DNA of 64,000 bases from Lingula anatina (taxonomy: Eukaryota; Animalia; Brachiopoda), in NCBI GenBank assembly GCA_051362555.1, contig CM120641.1:30758401-30822400 (forward strand), read 5' to 3'. A program made the position numbers and the translations under genes. The notes under the pieces were generated by a model that did no database searches, was not told the origin of the DNA, and saw only the letters and a list, made by a program, of their open reading frames with translations. Positions 39,511 through 52,743 of the stretch are shown here, piece after piece. How positions within the stretch are numbered: position 1 is the first letter of the stretch; every line of letters starts with the position of its first letter.

Positions 39511-41144
39511 CAACATTGGTCAAAAAGGTTGTCCCACCCCCAGTTTTATGTGTTTTTATAATTAATAAACGATCATGTCACATGAGTTAATTGCTATGAA
39601 TAGTGATTTTCATTCCAGATACCATTAGTTACATGATTATTGGTACAGAAAATACAAACTAGCAGTTAAGATATCCATGTCATATTTAATACCATTTATT
39701 CACATTTATTGCATTCCAGTGTCATTTCCAAGGAGGTAAAGAAATGCCCATTTAATTGAAATGACACCACCAAAAGTCACCAAATTTACACACATTTAGC
39801 ATTAGGGTATGCTCGTTAAAGGTCACGTGCCTATTAGCATGTGTGGTCACATGTGTAATTATCTCCTGTAGACGGCGCCACTGCCTTCAACAAGGGCAGC
39901 AATTCTGTTTTGTGGGATATTGCCCCATGTTTCCTAAAAAGCTTGGCGGAATTGGTCCGTACTATTTGTGATTTGGTTCTCATTTGGATTGCACACTTCA
40001 ATTCATGCCACGGGTGCTCAGTAGGTTTATTATCATGATTCAAAGATGGTTTCTCCAGCCTCAGAACATTGGGTTTCTGCAACAAATCATGATCACTCAC
40101 CACATGAGAACTGTGTGCAAGTGTGCTGTCATGATGAAGCCTGGATCACCCCCGAGGTACCCTCTTGCAGATGGAATGAGGTATCAGTTGAGAAAGTTAG
40201 GTTCAGTGACACCAGAACTACCAGAACTTGGTCAATCATCACTAGGAACAAGTTGGTTTTGCTGAAGAATCAATGGATTTCTTGTATTCCATCGATGGTC
40301 AAATTAGGGTCCATAGACATGTTGCAGAATGCATTTTGGAAGGTTTGAGCACGATAATATCGACTGAGGTGTCAGATCAGTCCACGTTTGGCAAGAATTC
40401 CAAGCCAATGGTTTTAGTGCATTGTTCTTTCCAGAAAAGAACGTTATTGGGGTAATTCACTGAAACATTCTCAACAAATATCTCACTCCATTTGCAAGAG
40501 GTGACTTCAGGGATACTGCAGGCGTCATCGTAAAAATGCACTTGCTCACAACTCTCGTCTGCAGAGTGATTTGTTGCAGAAACCCAATGTTCAGAGGTTC
40601 TGAGACTTAACCTTATTAAACATCTGTGGCATGACTTGAAGTGTGCAGTGCAAAGGAGAACCAACCTCTTAATAATCTGGACCAACTCCCCCAAGCTCTT
40701 TAGGAAGAATGGGGCAATATCCCATAAAACAGAATTGTTACCCTTGTTGAAGGCAGGCCGCGCCACCTACATGAGGTAATTAAAGTACGCGGTAAACACA
40801 AACGCTATTAAATAATGAGCCTTTAACGAGCACACCCTAATGGTAAATGTGTGTAAATGTGGTGACATTTGGTGGTGTCATTTCAATTTAGTGGACATTT
40901 CTTTACCTCTGTGAAAATAACAGTGAAGCGTCGAATTTGAGGGGGTACATGTAATAAATGTGAATAAATGGTATTAAATATTGATATCTTCACTGCTAGT
41001 TTGTGTTTTCTGTCTGACTAATCATGTTAGTTATGGTATTTGGAATGAAAATCACTATTTATAACAATCTTCACCTATGATGTGATCATTTATGAATAAA
41101 AGCACATGATACTGAAGGTGGGACAACCTTTTTGACCAATGTTG
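39511..41144. mobile_element. Tc1-derived foldback (whole-element palindrome)
   Basis: Perfect 28-bp TIR caacattggtcaaaaaggttgtcccacc with TA TSD. The inverted arms continue to about 40300/40400, and each carries the Tc1 C-terminal EH(P/L)WH(E/D)LK-like motif. Confidence 0.85.
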
Positions 41145-42241
41145 TATTATGTGCAACGAATAACATTTACTTCAGTTGGAGGATATCTTCTTTTTGTTTT
41201 ATCACTGATTAAAAATATTGTGTTACTTGAAAGCTTAAATGAAATATTGAAAGATCGCTCAACATGAAATCTCTTCTATTTGCCCCTTGGTTTTATTATT
41301 ATCATTTATTAACTTTGAAATTTTCCTTGGTGGGATGGTCTTCGCTACATTTACTTCAATTTTGCTAAGAGGTTATAACAGGAAACATAACGAACTTTGT
41401 ATATACAGTGTATGGTTGACATGTTTATATTTAGTAAAGTGTTGATTGATGGCCAGGTGGGTCAGAACACCACGCGAGAACAGACTGTGCGTGCGGTGCG
41501 ATTTAAACGGAGGAATACGTAGTCTGTGACTGCATACATACGACTGAATGCCCAGATCAGTTTCGTTCAATACACTTTACAAATCTGAAGAACGTTTTCT
41601 CTAGTCTTCGAATTACGGACACACGTAAATGCATAAGACCTTGTTTGGCTAATTATTAGTAAAATGTTGTTTAAACTTTTATCACTATTTTCCTTCGTCA
41701 TTGTGCTGTCTTTATTAATTTGTTTCCAATTCCTCATTTATTTTTTTATTTTTTTATTCATGTATTTTTAATCAAATTAATACTACCATTTCTCTATTTT
41801 TTCTGAAAGCAAACAAACATAATTTTATCTGCATTTCGTTTGATGTTAGGGAGGATTCTGAATAAGAGGTTAAGCAAATAATAATGAAACTGGTAAAAAA
41901 AGATTAGTTTCGAAACTTGTTTATTTCTGTCATGGGGCAGTGGTAAATCAATTAAAACTTACAGTAATTTCATCAAAGAGATACCTGAATGAGTGAGATT
42001 ATCTGTTTCCCCTCCTCTGCCTGGAGATAGAATTTTATGAAAAGCTGGCATTTATAATTTTTCTCAATATCACATTTTCAATCTCATTATTGATCCGGGG
42101 GGGGGGGGGGGGGGGGGTACCTAGAAAGATGTTTGAGCTCTTATATTATCTGAAGACCAAGATGAATAAAAGCATTTGAAGTTTTTTTCAAATAATACGT
42201 CCACGAAATTGCTTTGGGAAGATAACGATTTCGGGACTTCC

Positions 42242-42500
42242 AGGTCTTATAAACTGATTAGGCGTTTAATGACAATAGCCGCAGATCTTTCAGCACTAAC
42301 GCTCATATTAACCACAAAACCCACGAATTAACCAACACATCACACACTTATTTAGCACCAACAAAACGATATCTAGCACTAACATTCATCCGCTCGGGTA
42401 GTGTTGGTTAATTTGTATGTTTTTTCTGGTTAATATGAGTGTTAGAGCTGAAAGATCTGCAGGTGGTGTTAGTAAACGCCTAATTTGTTTATATGGCCCC
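42242..42500. mobile_element. Palindromic MITE
   Basis: gcagatctttcagcactaacgctcatattaacca is inverted against tggttaatatgagtgttagagctgaaagatctgc. Confidence 0.7.
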
Positions 42501-43473
42501 ACTTCTAAGCAGCATACCAATTTGACTATAGTTTTAAAGTCAACAACAACTCGTTAAATTAGCTTTGCGCGACAAGGTTTTTTTTAGTAACACCCCAAAC
42601 TGAATTGCTTGGTCTACTTTTAGCCCTGCCAAGTGACAGTGAGTATTGTATTGTGTAAGTTTGACCAAGGACGCGGGTAGAAGGCCCTAGGGTTGACCAC
42701 ATACCTGTATGACACCATGACGCTGTCTCTGCGGCAGGGACATGGTGGCAACAGAGCAGAGAGTCTGGTTCATAAAGGGATGATCTGTTGTAAAATCTAT
42801 TGCATGATTGGTTAAATATTAACATTAAAGTATAAGTGATCCATTAAGATATATTAAAAGGTGGACCTATCACTGTAAATATGCCACTATCAAGACAGGC
42901 GTTCTGCAGTTAGATTACCTGTTATGTACAATTTAATATCTATTACAACTAATACGACAGCATGTACTGGTGTAAATGAGTGTGCAGCAGTTTTTGGCAG
43001 ATATCTACACAACAAGAGGTCGCTAAACTACAACAAAATCTTACAAAGATTATACGCACAACATACGCGAGTGGCTTGTTTCCAAATAATTTCTATTTAA
43101 AGATGACAGTGTACAGGATGGGTAGTGTGCTAGGAACAGTAGTCCGTTCCCCATTTCTTTGTACAGGTGACATTCGTCCCATATACTAACCCCAATACTT
43201 CAACTAACCCTAACGTGTACTAATTATCATATGGGAATCCGGGACTTCCATTTCTGTGAAAACGGGAGGCAGCGTCGTTCAATTATCGATTAACTTCTTT
43301 TTATCAGGGACATCATGAATAGTTGTGGCGGACACATGTCAAAATATTTTGGGGGTGTTTGTGTTGTTATTTATGTTTTGTTAGTCCTGCAACATATATT
43401 TCGTGTATTATGAAAAGAAGAATTTCATCCTTGGGGGGGGGGGGGGGGGGGGGGTCTGAGGGGTTGCTGTTCT

Positions 43474-43621
43474 GGGCCCCGTAACTCGAAAGCACCGCGT
43501 ATTGCGAATAGCGATACATGTATCACATAGAGGCTACACTGTATTATAGGGGGAGAGTATGGGCGAGTTATGGAATCTAGACGCTTGCGCTCGGTGGCAA
43601 TGCTTTCGAGTTACGGGGCCC
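43474..43621. mobile_element. MITE with 21-bp TIRs (Harbinger-like)
   Basis: gggccccgtaactcgaaagca / tgctttcgagttacggggccc; duplicated flank tgttct (or ctg, depending on the boundary). Confidence 0.7.
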
Positions 43622-44531
43622 TGTTCTGTTGAAGAGCGAGCGTCATATACAATTAAAGTACTGCTAAAATCCCGACCACAATTCAAGAATTCTCTTCATT
43701 TGAAGCGACCAGCAATTTTTTTCATGGACCAAGAAGCGTGCAGCCACTCTTGGGATAATCTTTCCCGGATAGATTTTAGATAGCTTTTGTTCCATTTGTG
43801 AACACATCTTCTCTACTGCCCATTTCAAAGTGCTACATGTAGCTTGTACATTTATGTGGGCTGATAGAGTGAAATATATGCTAATATATGGACTTTGTGT
43901 GTACTTATTGAAAAAAAAACAAAGCTTCCAAAGTACAAATATGATTTCTCAATATGTAATGTCTAAAGGTTCTTAAGCACTCGTTAAGGAGGATTTCATA
44001 CGAATATCATAACAATACACTTCACCTCTGTAATATCATTCTGTTTTAAGGAGGGTGAAGTGCATTAAGGGTATCATGTTTAGATTGGTGTTATCAATCA
44101 AAACCACCGAGTAATGAACCTGCCAAGTTTCCTGGTCTAGACCGAGGACATTATGTTATATAGTATAGATTAATACATCACTAAGGGACCGGGACCGGAG
44201 AAGGAAGGGGAGGAGAAAATTCCTTTGATCACCCTAAAAAATTGGAGACAACAATGAGGTTTTTAGGAATCTCCCTTCCGGATTGATTGAATACCCCCCC
44301 CTCCCCCAGGCATTAAAAATAAACGTGTGAAAACTCTAATTTTAATTTAATTTTTTTTTTTGAAATCTGGCGAGAAGGGTGGCCAAGAAAAGTCTAAGTG
44401 GCGTGAGTGTTGATGATGGAAATTAAAATTATAATCATACACTGATACACACACCAGTAGCACAACGAGAAGGAGGTTGGTATTTTGTGCACATTTGCAA
44501 ACACATGTAAAGGTCGCTATGGCAAAGTATA

Positions 44532-46194
44532 CAGGGTTACCACTTAATATGGAATATTATTTTTTGGCGAATAAATTTTCTACAAAATATTTAATTTCTC
44601 TCTAACTACTTTAAATCCAAAGCTGAGGTGTCACTCCATGTGTAGCCAGATGTGTTACCTAATTACCACACAACTCTCGAAACAATTGATGCATGCAGTT
44701 GCATGTTCTGTGGTCAGAAATTTGAGGGGTGGCCTTTTCGGCAATTTCTGCCCTTGTATAAAAACGCATGGGTTTGGTCAATCTTTGGAGCGTGTTTAGA
44801 GAAGCAACAACGGGATCGCTCTGAAACTTGACAGGTACCTTAGTGAAGATATGGTTCGACAGCAAAGCAACGCAGCTTACTATGGGATTCTTGCTCTCAG
44901 AGAAAATGGCCAGAAACGGACAGCCATTGCCTGGTAATTCAACATTTATCAGGAACCGTTTGTGAAGTCCTCCAAAGAAATGCTGCTACAGTAGTGGCAC
45001 CTACTCCAATACCTCGACCAGGGTGTCCGCGTATCACACCAAGAAGACAGGATCGCCTTCTCCTTAGTGGACGCCGTGCTGGACGTACAAAAACAACCAG
45101 TGTCCTCAGAAAAGAGAGGCAGAATGTCATTCAAACGCCCGTTTCAAGGTCCCACGTGAACAAGAGATTTCTGCAAGCCGGTTATTTTGCACGAAGACCA
45201 GTAGGGAAACCACTGTTAACAGCAGGTCATATACAGCGACGTCTGCAAAGGGCTGGGGACCACGTGCCTTTGCAGCCAAAACACTGGAATCACGTTGTTT
45301 TCAGTGATAAGGCCAGATATGGGTTTTTTAGGGTTGATCGTCGAATCCGTATCCACCGACGTGTACGAGGGGCATAAAACAATTATTGTGTACTGCCTAG
45401 GGTGCAAGCAGGGGATGGTAACGTCTCTGTTTGGGGAGTATTTCATGTCGGTGCCCAGAACCAGTTGATTTTTCTAGGAGGCAACCTCATCCAGGATTCC
45501 TACAGAGACATTCTACAGCAAACAATGCTTCGATTGCTAAGATTCATCTTCAGGAACAACTTTGTGTACCAAGACGACTGCGCAACCCCACATCGAGGCC
45601 GCAGAAACACTGTTTTTCTTCAAAACCAATGGGTTCAGCAACTGCCCTGGCCTGCAAACTCTCCAGATATGAACCCAATTGAAAATATGTGGGCGGAAGT
45701 AACTCACAGAATTAATAGCTATGGTCCTCGGCCGGTAAATAGTGATGAACTGCGACAGGCAAATATCACTGCGTGGAATGATATCCCCACCCAAACTCTA
45801 AAAAACGTGTCACAGGATATGCCATGTAGGATGAGGGCGCTGCAAGCGGCTGCTGGAGGTCATACCCGCAATTACTGACTTTTCATGATTTACTGTAGTG
45901 AGTTCTTTGACTGTGTAACATATCACTGTCCGGAGGCTATCATTTTTTTTAATATCTTATCTTAAAGTTTATACTGGCATCAAACTGTTGATATGGTTTT
46001 CTGGGGGTGTTCCTTTCTTTTGAATAGCACCTTATGTCAGATTTAATATTATTGACCAAAATATCTCACAACAGAAGACTGGATGTTATTATCACTCAGT
46101 GACATACTTTTTTAATGACTCAAGCCAAAAAATAATTAATGAGCACTCAAAAATAACAATGATAAAAAATATTCCATATTAAGTGGTAACCCTG
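44532..46194 (+). mobile_element. Tc1/mariner DNA transposon, full length and decayed
   Basis: TIRs cagggttaccacttaatatggaatatt / aatattccatattaagtggtaaccctg with TA TSD, enclosing a transposase pseudogene. Confidence 0.93.
44851..45878 (+). pseudogene. Tc1-family (DD34E) transposase with frameshifts and stops
   Basis: RPGCPRIT, WNHVVFSDKARY, VSVWG, YQDDCATPH, WPANSPDMNPIENMW and GGHTRNY motifs; split at 45377. Confidence 0.9.
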
Positions 46195-46491
46195 TAAACA
46201 TTTGGTTGGAAGAAAACAACTAAACTGATTGAAAGAGAACGGTTTGTCCTTTTCGCATTAGGAAAAAACAATGCTTGTAAAGCTATATTTTAAACTACTC
46301 TCCTGAAATGGCTCGTTGCAAATTTGACTAAATATTTGCAGAGCGTCGATCCCTAAGTCAGCCAACGTTTGAACAAGAAAGAAGAGTTGATCTTCAAACT
46401 CTTCTTGTTGATAAGATATGCTTTTCATTGGAAGTATACCCTTAACGATAAACTATATGCATGTTTAAATAACCTCACTCGAAGGTGAAAC

Positions 46492-46902
46492 ATGGAATCG
46501 ACAGGAGTTGGTGGGATAGTACTCTCCGTCTTTTTCATAATTTTCGGGACTCGTTCGGCGCTTTCAAATGCTTATACTGTCATAGATACCTCGCCTACCA
46601 CGGATCTGACGTTATATTTATCAGAGCAACCGTTCCACGTCAACAATTCCATCACAGTACCACAGGGGGTAACGCTGAATGTAGAACCTGGCGTTACCGT
46701 TAAATTCAGCCCGCTGTCGGTGTGCGCGTTGAGGTACGGTTTTTGGCAGTGGGACAACCGGACAAACGTATACTTTTCACGGCTGCAGACCCAAGCAATG
46801 TTGAAAGGTATGATAAGCAGTCACCCGTTTGGTTCGATGGTGCACGATTGGCCGGGGACTGCACGGAAACTCATCATGGACGCCTGGAACTTTTATACCA
46901 AG
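46492..46902 (+). CDS. bark-like exon 1 (signal peptide, N-terminal module, SRCR start); frameshift ~46711
   Basis: MESTGVGGIVLSVFFIIFG...VKFSP, then a shifted frame VRVEVRFLAVGQPDKRILFT...ARLAG...GRLELLYQ. The expected donor reads AT instead of GT at 46903. Confidence 0.75.
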
Positions 46903-47209
46903 ATATCTGCAGTCTAGAAAGTCTTTGTGTTTTTGGAGCATTTCTTTCTTTCTTGTTTTCTTTTTTCTTTTTTTAATTATCATAGGAGCCTAATGGGAAG
47001 GGGCCAAAGCGAAATTACTCTCCCTTCTCACATATTTAAATACATCAGTTATAAATGCAAGAGTCTCACCCCCCCCTCCTCCCATGACCACAGACAGGCG
47101 TTATTCTTTAATCTTTTTGAATTATTAGCCCCCATCTGACTTTCTACTAACCGGAATATTCATTTTCACAAAAATTTGTTAAAGAGTACGTAACATTTTT
47201 TCCTTTCAG

Positions 47210-47425
47210 GTAGTTTTGGCACCGTTTGTCAAAATGGCTGGGGTAGTTCCTACTGCAACAACAACAACAGAGTTGTTGCTAGGATGTTGGGATATCAGAC
47301 GTGTACCAAAGTATATAACAGAGGCAGTGGCACTGGAAGTATTCTTCTGAACAACGTGAGATGCAATGGACATGAGAGCTCCCTCTGGGACTGTCCTCAC
47401 GATGGGGTCCGTGTACACAATTGTT
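47210..47425 (+). CDS. bark-like exon 2 (SRCR core)
   Basis: tcctttcag acceptor; GSFGTVCQNGW...VVARMLGY...GSILLNNVRCNGHESSLWDCPH...HNC; gtgagt donor. Confidence 0.9.
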
Positions 47426-48939
47426 GTGAGTATCTTACTTACCTGTTATCTTTATTCATGTATTTACCACTTTTGAGAACCATGATATTGCAATTGTGTA
47501 ATCTTTTATAATAGCCTAAGGCCAATGTCAGGGATGTTTCTTTGTTTGGTGATTGTCAGAGTGATCTATCACGAAAAAATTAAACTTAATAATCAGGTCC
47601 TTTTTTCACTGCTAACCACAGAAAAGATAAACTCGACACTTTTACAGACGACTGTGTCTACATCATGTGAACATTTATTTTAACCTATTTTTTTTTGTTT
47701 GTTTATTTGTCCATTTTATTTCGAACATGAAAGTTTGCACATGAATTAGATGGAAAATAATGTAAGTTCAGGTATTAATATCACTAGTATTTTGTGTCTT
47801 TAAGTGATTGCAAAAGTTCTCTTTGTGCAGTGTTTGATACATTCCTGACAACTGGAGGAAGTTAGACAAACTTAATTAGTTAGACAGTCAGACAGAACTT
47901 TTTACCAAAAAAGACAAAAAGTGAACTGTGGTCACAAGTCTGCTAGAAAGGAAAACAACACAAATCATTTTCTGTTTTACCAGTATTGTGTTGTACCGAT
48001 GATGGAATTTGGACCATTTACTCCACGTGCGACATGCACTCATTCTGGTTTCAAATAGCTGTTGTTGGTACGTTCTTAAACATTACTTACAATGAAGACA
48101 TGAAGCTATATACCGATGTGAAATGTAAGAGGTTGACCATTTGATTTTTTATCAGGTAGTTTGTAAAAGGTTATCATGATTTCTATACCGCTCTGTTATA
48201 ATATGTATAGTGGCAGATCCAGGATGTTGCTAACAGCAGAGGGGGCGTCAACACAAGTATCAATAAATTCTGCCTGGTTTCTCGTGGCAATATTCAATGT
48301 TAGGCTGAGGTAATATTACTGTCATATATACCGTGCAGATATGGAACATGCTTTAAGAAAGGCCTGCCCTGTTCACCTTAGCTGCTGGTAACCCTGTCCT
48401 TGGGCATGTCTTTGCATGGGAACCAAAATGATAAAGTATCATACAGCTATTGTCTGTCTTTCTGTTGTTAGTAATCTATAGTTAAGGAATGGAGATAATG
48501 TAATATCAATTTACAGTTAGAACAATATAGAGGAGCTGAATGTCAGTTTGGACCGGAGTGACAGGAATGGAAGTCCGTTAGGAACCGTAGTCCTCTCCCC
48601 GTTATTTTGTACAGGTGACATTCGTCCCATATACTTACCTTTATACGACGACTAACCATAACCTGTACTAATAATATGGACTTCCATTCCTATAGGACCA
48701 CCATTCCTGCCACACAGTTTTTTCCTATTTTGCTGACTGATAAATGGAAACAAGGATTAAAATCTGTTTTTATAACTTTTAATATCTTTTATGTCATTGT
48801 GACATCAGTTCATTAATTGAATTTGCCAGTGAAGCAATTAAAAATGCATTGCCTATTCTATGTCACACGACAAACATTAAAAACGAGAATTTTATCTCCC
48901 CATTTTCCAAATTATCGTCTTTTAAATAGTTACACGCAC

Positions 48940-49310
48940 TACAAAGGACCCTCATTACAGTGTCTAGTCACAGCAATGGTTGCTATTACCGTACGCACTG
49001 ACCTCATCTGGCTCGTACGTACCAAGGCTTTGAAGCGGCAATTAAGGCCACTCTTGGGATAGGTTTTTAGAGTTTCACCAAGAATAACATTCCAGGCATC
49101 GGCATCGGTCAAAACTTGTCCAGTTTGGTTCAGTTTTGTTGTAGGACATATAGGCCGTTGATTCGGCGAGTAATAACCTGCCCACATATTGTCTATTTGG
49201 TTCGAATATGGCGATTCTGATGACCAAGGTAGCTGCTCATTTCCTTGGTTATGTAAGTTATCTGCTATAAAGAGTGCTCTGTGTGAACCGGTAATTTCAA
49301 CGTGCACCCT
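48940..49310 (-). pseudogene. Tc1 transposase C-terminal remnant in intron 2
   Basis: QLPWSSESPYSNQIDNMWA resembles WPxxSPDLNPIENxW. Confidence 0.6.
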
Positions 49311-50214
49311 AAAATTGTTCCTAAGGTCCCCCTATCAAATGATAGTTAAATGATAGGCATAGAATAAATGTTTTTGTTTAACACCGCTTAACCCCATTTT
49401 ACGCACTGCAAAACCGACCGCTTGCATGCATTATGTCAAATTCTTCTATGCAGTAGTTGCCATCATATGGATACTTTTTTGACAGAACCATGCTTCGCCT
49501 AAACCAATCTCTGATCAGCCCAAAGGAGCACTACCCAATTAAATCACTGCATATCACACAATGCAGCAATGCAACAAACATGGTGATCAGTTAATTCGTA
49601 GCGACACACCTGACTACACACGTCTTCATTCACATATCTTATATGAGATCTGAGTTTTTTAAAGAACGCATTTTTACCTAGGCATGCCTTAAAAACTGAA
49701 ATACTCAATTTAAAAAATTTAAGCCTGTGCAACTAACCCTACATGTAGCATGTACTAATCATATGTGACCCCGGACATCCATTCCTATAGAACAACCATT
49801 CCTGCCCCACCGGCTCAAACCAAAACCACTATCATAATTTATACATAAGTCGAATATAGAGCAATGTGAGATCAACTGTATGATGCACAATCTATTAAAG
49901 GGTAATTGTGTTAATGAAATTCAAGACTGCAACCTGCTTACTCATGTAAGTTTATCAGACTCTTTCACGCAGGATGATCTTGGTAAGCCCTGACGATCTT
50001 GTCAAGTGCCTGTACCAATTCAATTTGAACTGTTTTACATTGGTCTGTAGGTCTTCCTAAGCTTCCTTCGCTTATTTCCATGTCTTACCTTAAACTCCAT
50101 ATTGATATCGCGCTTTGTGTAGTTGATGCAAAATAACTTTTTCGTGAAACCCGGCTCCTATGACCTGCACTTCCTGCTGTTTTAATTAGGGTCTAAGATG
50201 TTAGTGTCCTTGTC

Positions 50215-50735
50215 TTAGAGGCGCATTCAGACTAGCGGACTAACAGATCTGCAGATCAAATATGGCAACCGACTTGAAAGCTTGCTAGTTGATCCCCGAA
50301 TAGATACTGAATAAATTCCCCTCGGGGATTACGCAACAAGCTTTCAAGTGAGTCGGCCATAATTTATCCCGCGAATCTGTTAGTCCACTGTTCTGAACGC
50401 ATTCATAACAGATGATCAGGGAACTTACTGATCCACCGACTGAATATGGCCGACCTTACATACAAAGAGATGCTGCTAATTCTCCGGTGGCTTCCTTGCC
50501 TCCACACGCGCCATAAAACGGATCAAATCTTGGCTCCAAGGTTTAATTGCAGCGACGTCGCGTGTTGAGGCGGGGAGGTCGTCGGGGACTGTCGACATCG
50601 CTTTTAAGTTGGGTCGGCCATATTTAGTAGGCAGATCAGTTAGTCATCATCTCTTGTGAATGCACTCCTAATCAGCTGTTCTGAATGCGCTCTCAGAGGC
50701 ATAACAGCAATAGGCGTATTAGAGAGCGCATCAGT
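50215..50735. mobile_element. Cluster of adjacent or nested palindromic MITEs
   Basis: Inverted arms ggactaacaga...acttgaaagcttg / caagctttcaagt...tctgttagtcc and atatggccgacc / ggtcggccatat, with gcgcattcag / ctgaatgcgc termini. Confidence 0.55.
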
Positions 50736-51071
50736 CTAATCTTTAAACAGATGACTTTCTTCAACCAGATTGCCTTTCATTCATTTCACAAGTGATATTG
50801 TGGTCTGAGTTGATCCTGAGAGGGCTTCGGGTTTTGATATTTTATCTGGAACGTTTGAACCTAGCTCTTCCAAACTGTTTTTTGTCTTTGTTCCCAATAG
50901 ACTACAATGTGACTACTGTAGTTGTTGGGGTTGTGTACTCATCCATTTGATCTTTTGATCCTTTCTGCAATGATCTGCATACCATGTGTTAATAAACAGT
51001 TTTATCAAGACGTTCCACTTGCTTCTCGTTCTCCTATTACTAATTAGCAACTAATAAACAACTTTCAGATA

Positions 51072-52743
51072 CACTATTCCCCAAAATGTTTGGTACACGT
51101 CAAAAATAACTTCACTTTTTGGGATATGTTACTCATATTTCTAAAACGCAACAATTGGTGCGAAAAATTAGTCGTTGCAGCAACTGGCACGACATTAAGT
51201 AACATGTATGTGTATTATGAACACTTTTCAATCAGTCACTCTCCATTGGTTATGACTGGAATGTCTGTGGTGTGTGAAACATGTCACAGAGTTTTGGTAC
51301 AGTGCTGGTGGGGTAGGGTGCGTTTGTCATGTTCTGTCAATTTTCGCGGAGGTTTGCATATTAGTAACTGTGTCTACCGATTACTGAGACCATGCCGCGT
51401 CCTACCAATATGGTAATGCGACACCAGATGGTTGCATATGCAGATATGGGCGAGAAAGAATTTGAGATTATAGCCAGACGTTTGTGTGTGGACAGGAAAA
51501 CTGTGAATAGAATCTTGAGGAGAAGGGCAGTGACAGGAAATGTGACACCTGTGAAATCTACGGGTAGACCGCGAGGTGGAAACACCAGAAGTGATCGTGT
51601 CATCATTAACCTGGCAAGAAGAAAGTGGACAAAACCTGCCAAAGCCATTGCCTTGGAGCTACAGGCCCGACGTTTGGCTCGATTGTCTCGCCAGAAAGTA
51701 AACCGCAGGCTGTTGGAACATGTCTACGCTTCAAGAATAATGGTGGAGAAACCACGCCTGACACCTGCCCATCGAGCAAATAGGCTGCAGTGGGCGCGGC
51801 AGAACCGTAACCTTACGGTCCAACATTGGAATCTCAGGGTGTTTGCTGATGAGTCCCGTTTTCTACTGTATCCAACAGATGGAGGAATGAGAGTGCGTAG
51901 CTATAGTCTCATTGGAGAATGCTTGTTGACTGAAAATATCCAAGAAACAATAGCTGGAGGAGGTGGTTCCGTACATATTTGGGGTGCCATTTGCAGCAAC
52001 GGTATTTGCCCATTGCTTCCTCTGGATGGAAACCGTAACGCTGCCAGATACAGGGACATTCTCCAACAGAACCTGGAACCGTTCGCAAGAGGGATATACA
52101 GACACAAATTTTGGATTGCAACATGACAATGCAACTCCCCATACAACCCGCTAAACTAACGACTATATCCGCCAAACAACATTCAGCAGATGCTACAGCC
52201 AGCAAGCAGCCCAGATGTATACTCAATTGGGACGAACTTGGTAGTGCTATTCAAAGGAGAAACCCTCCCGCTGCAAATTTAGATCAACTTCGAGATGCCC
52301 TTCAAGTTGAAAGTACCACAATTCCTCTCCAAAGAGCAGTGACTCAACTTCACAGTATTCCACGCCGTCTGGCGGCCATTATCCAAGCTTGCGGTGGAGC
52401 GTTCCCCCTACTGAGATTAATAACTTAGTCTGAAGAGTTTTTGTGACAATCTACCCAAATTTCATCTTGATTGTCGATCACAATTCAAATTTATGTTTAA
52501 ATTTTCACTTGTTACTGTTGCGTAAAAACATACTCATTCTGAGGGGCATGAGGGAAAAAAAAACCTAAATAAATAAACGCTTTTCTTACATTTGCATTGT
52601 TTGTTTCTCTTTTACTTTGCTAATCCTCCAGCTTCACATATTTAGCAATATAAGCGGTATAATTTTGGTATTAATAATAATGAAAGAAACAGGGCGAAAT
52701 GCATCCCAAAATTTCCGTGTACCAACCATTTTGAGCAAGAGCG
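51072..52743 (+). mobile_element. Tc1/mariner DNA transposon in intron 2 (second family)
   Basis: Imperfect TIRs cactattccccaaaatgtttggtacacg / cgtgtaccaaccattttgagcaagagcg with TA flanks. Confidence 0.85.
51392..52420 (+). pseudogene. Tc1-family transposase, frameshifted after about 240 aa
   Basis: MPRP start, HTH region, STGRPR, VFADESRF and VHIWG; then LQHDNATPH and WDELG...IQACGG in other frames. Confidence 0.9.
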
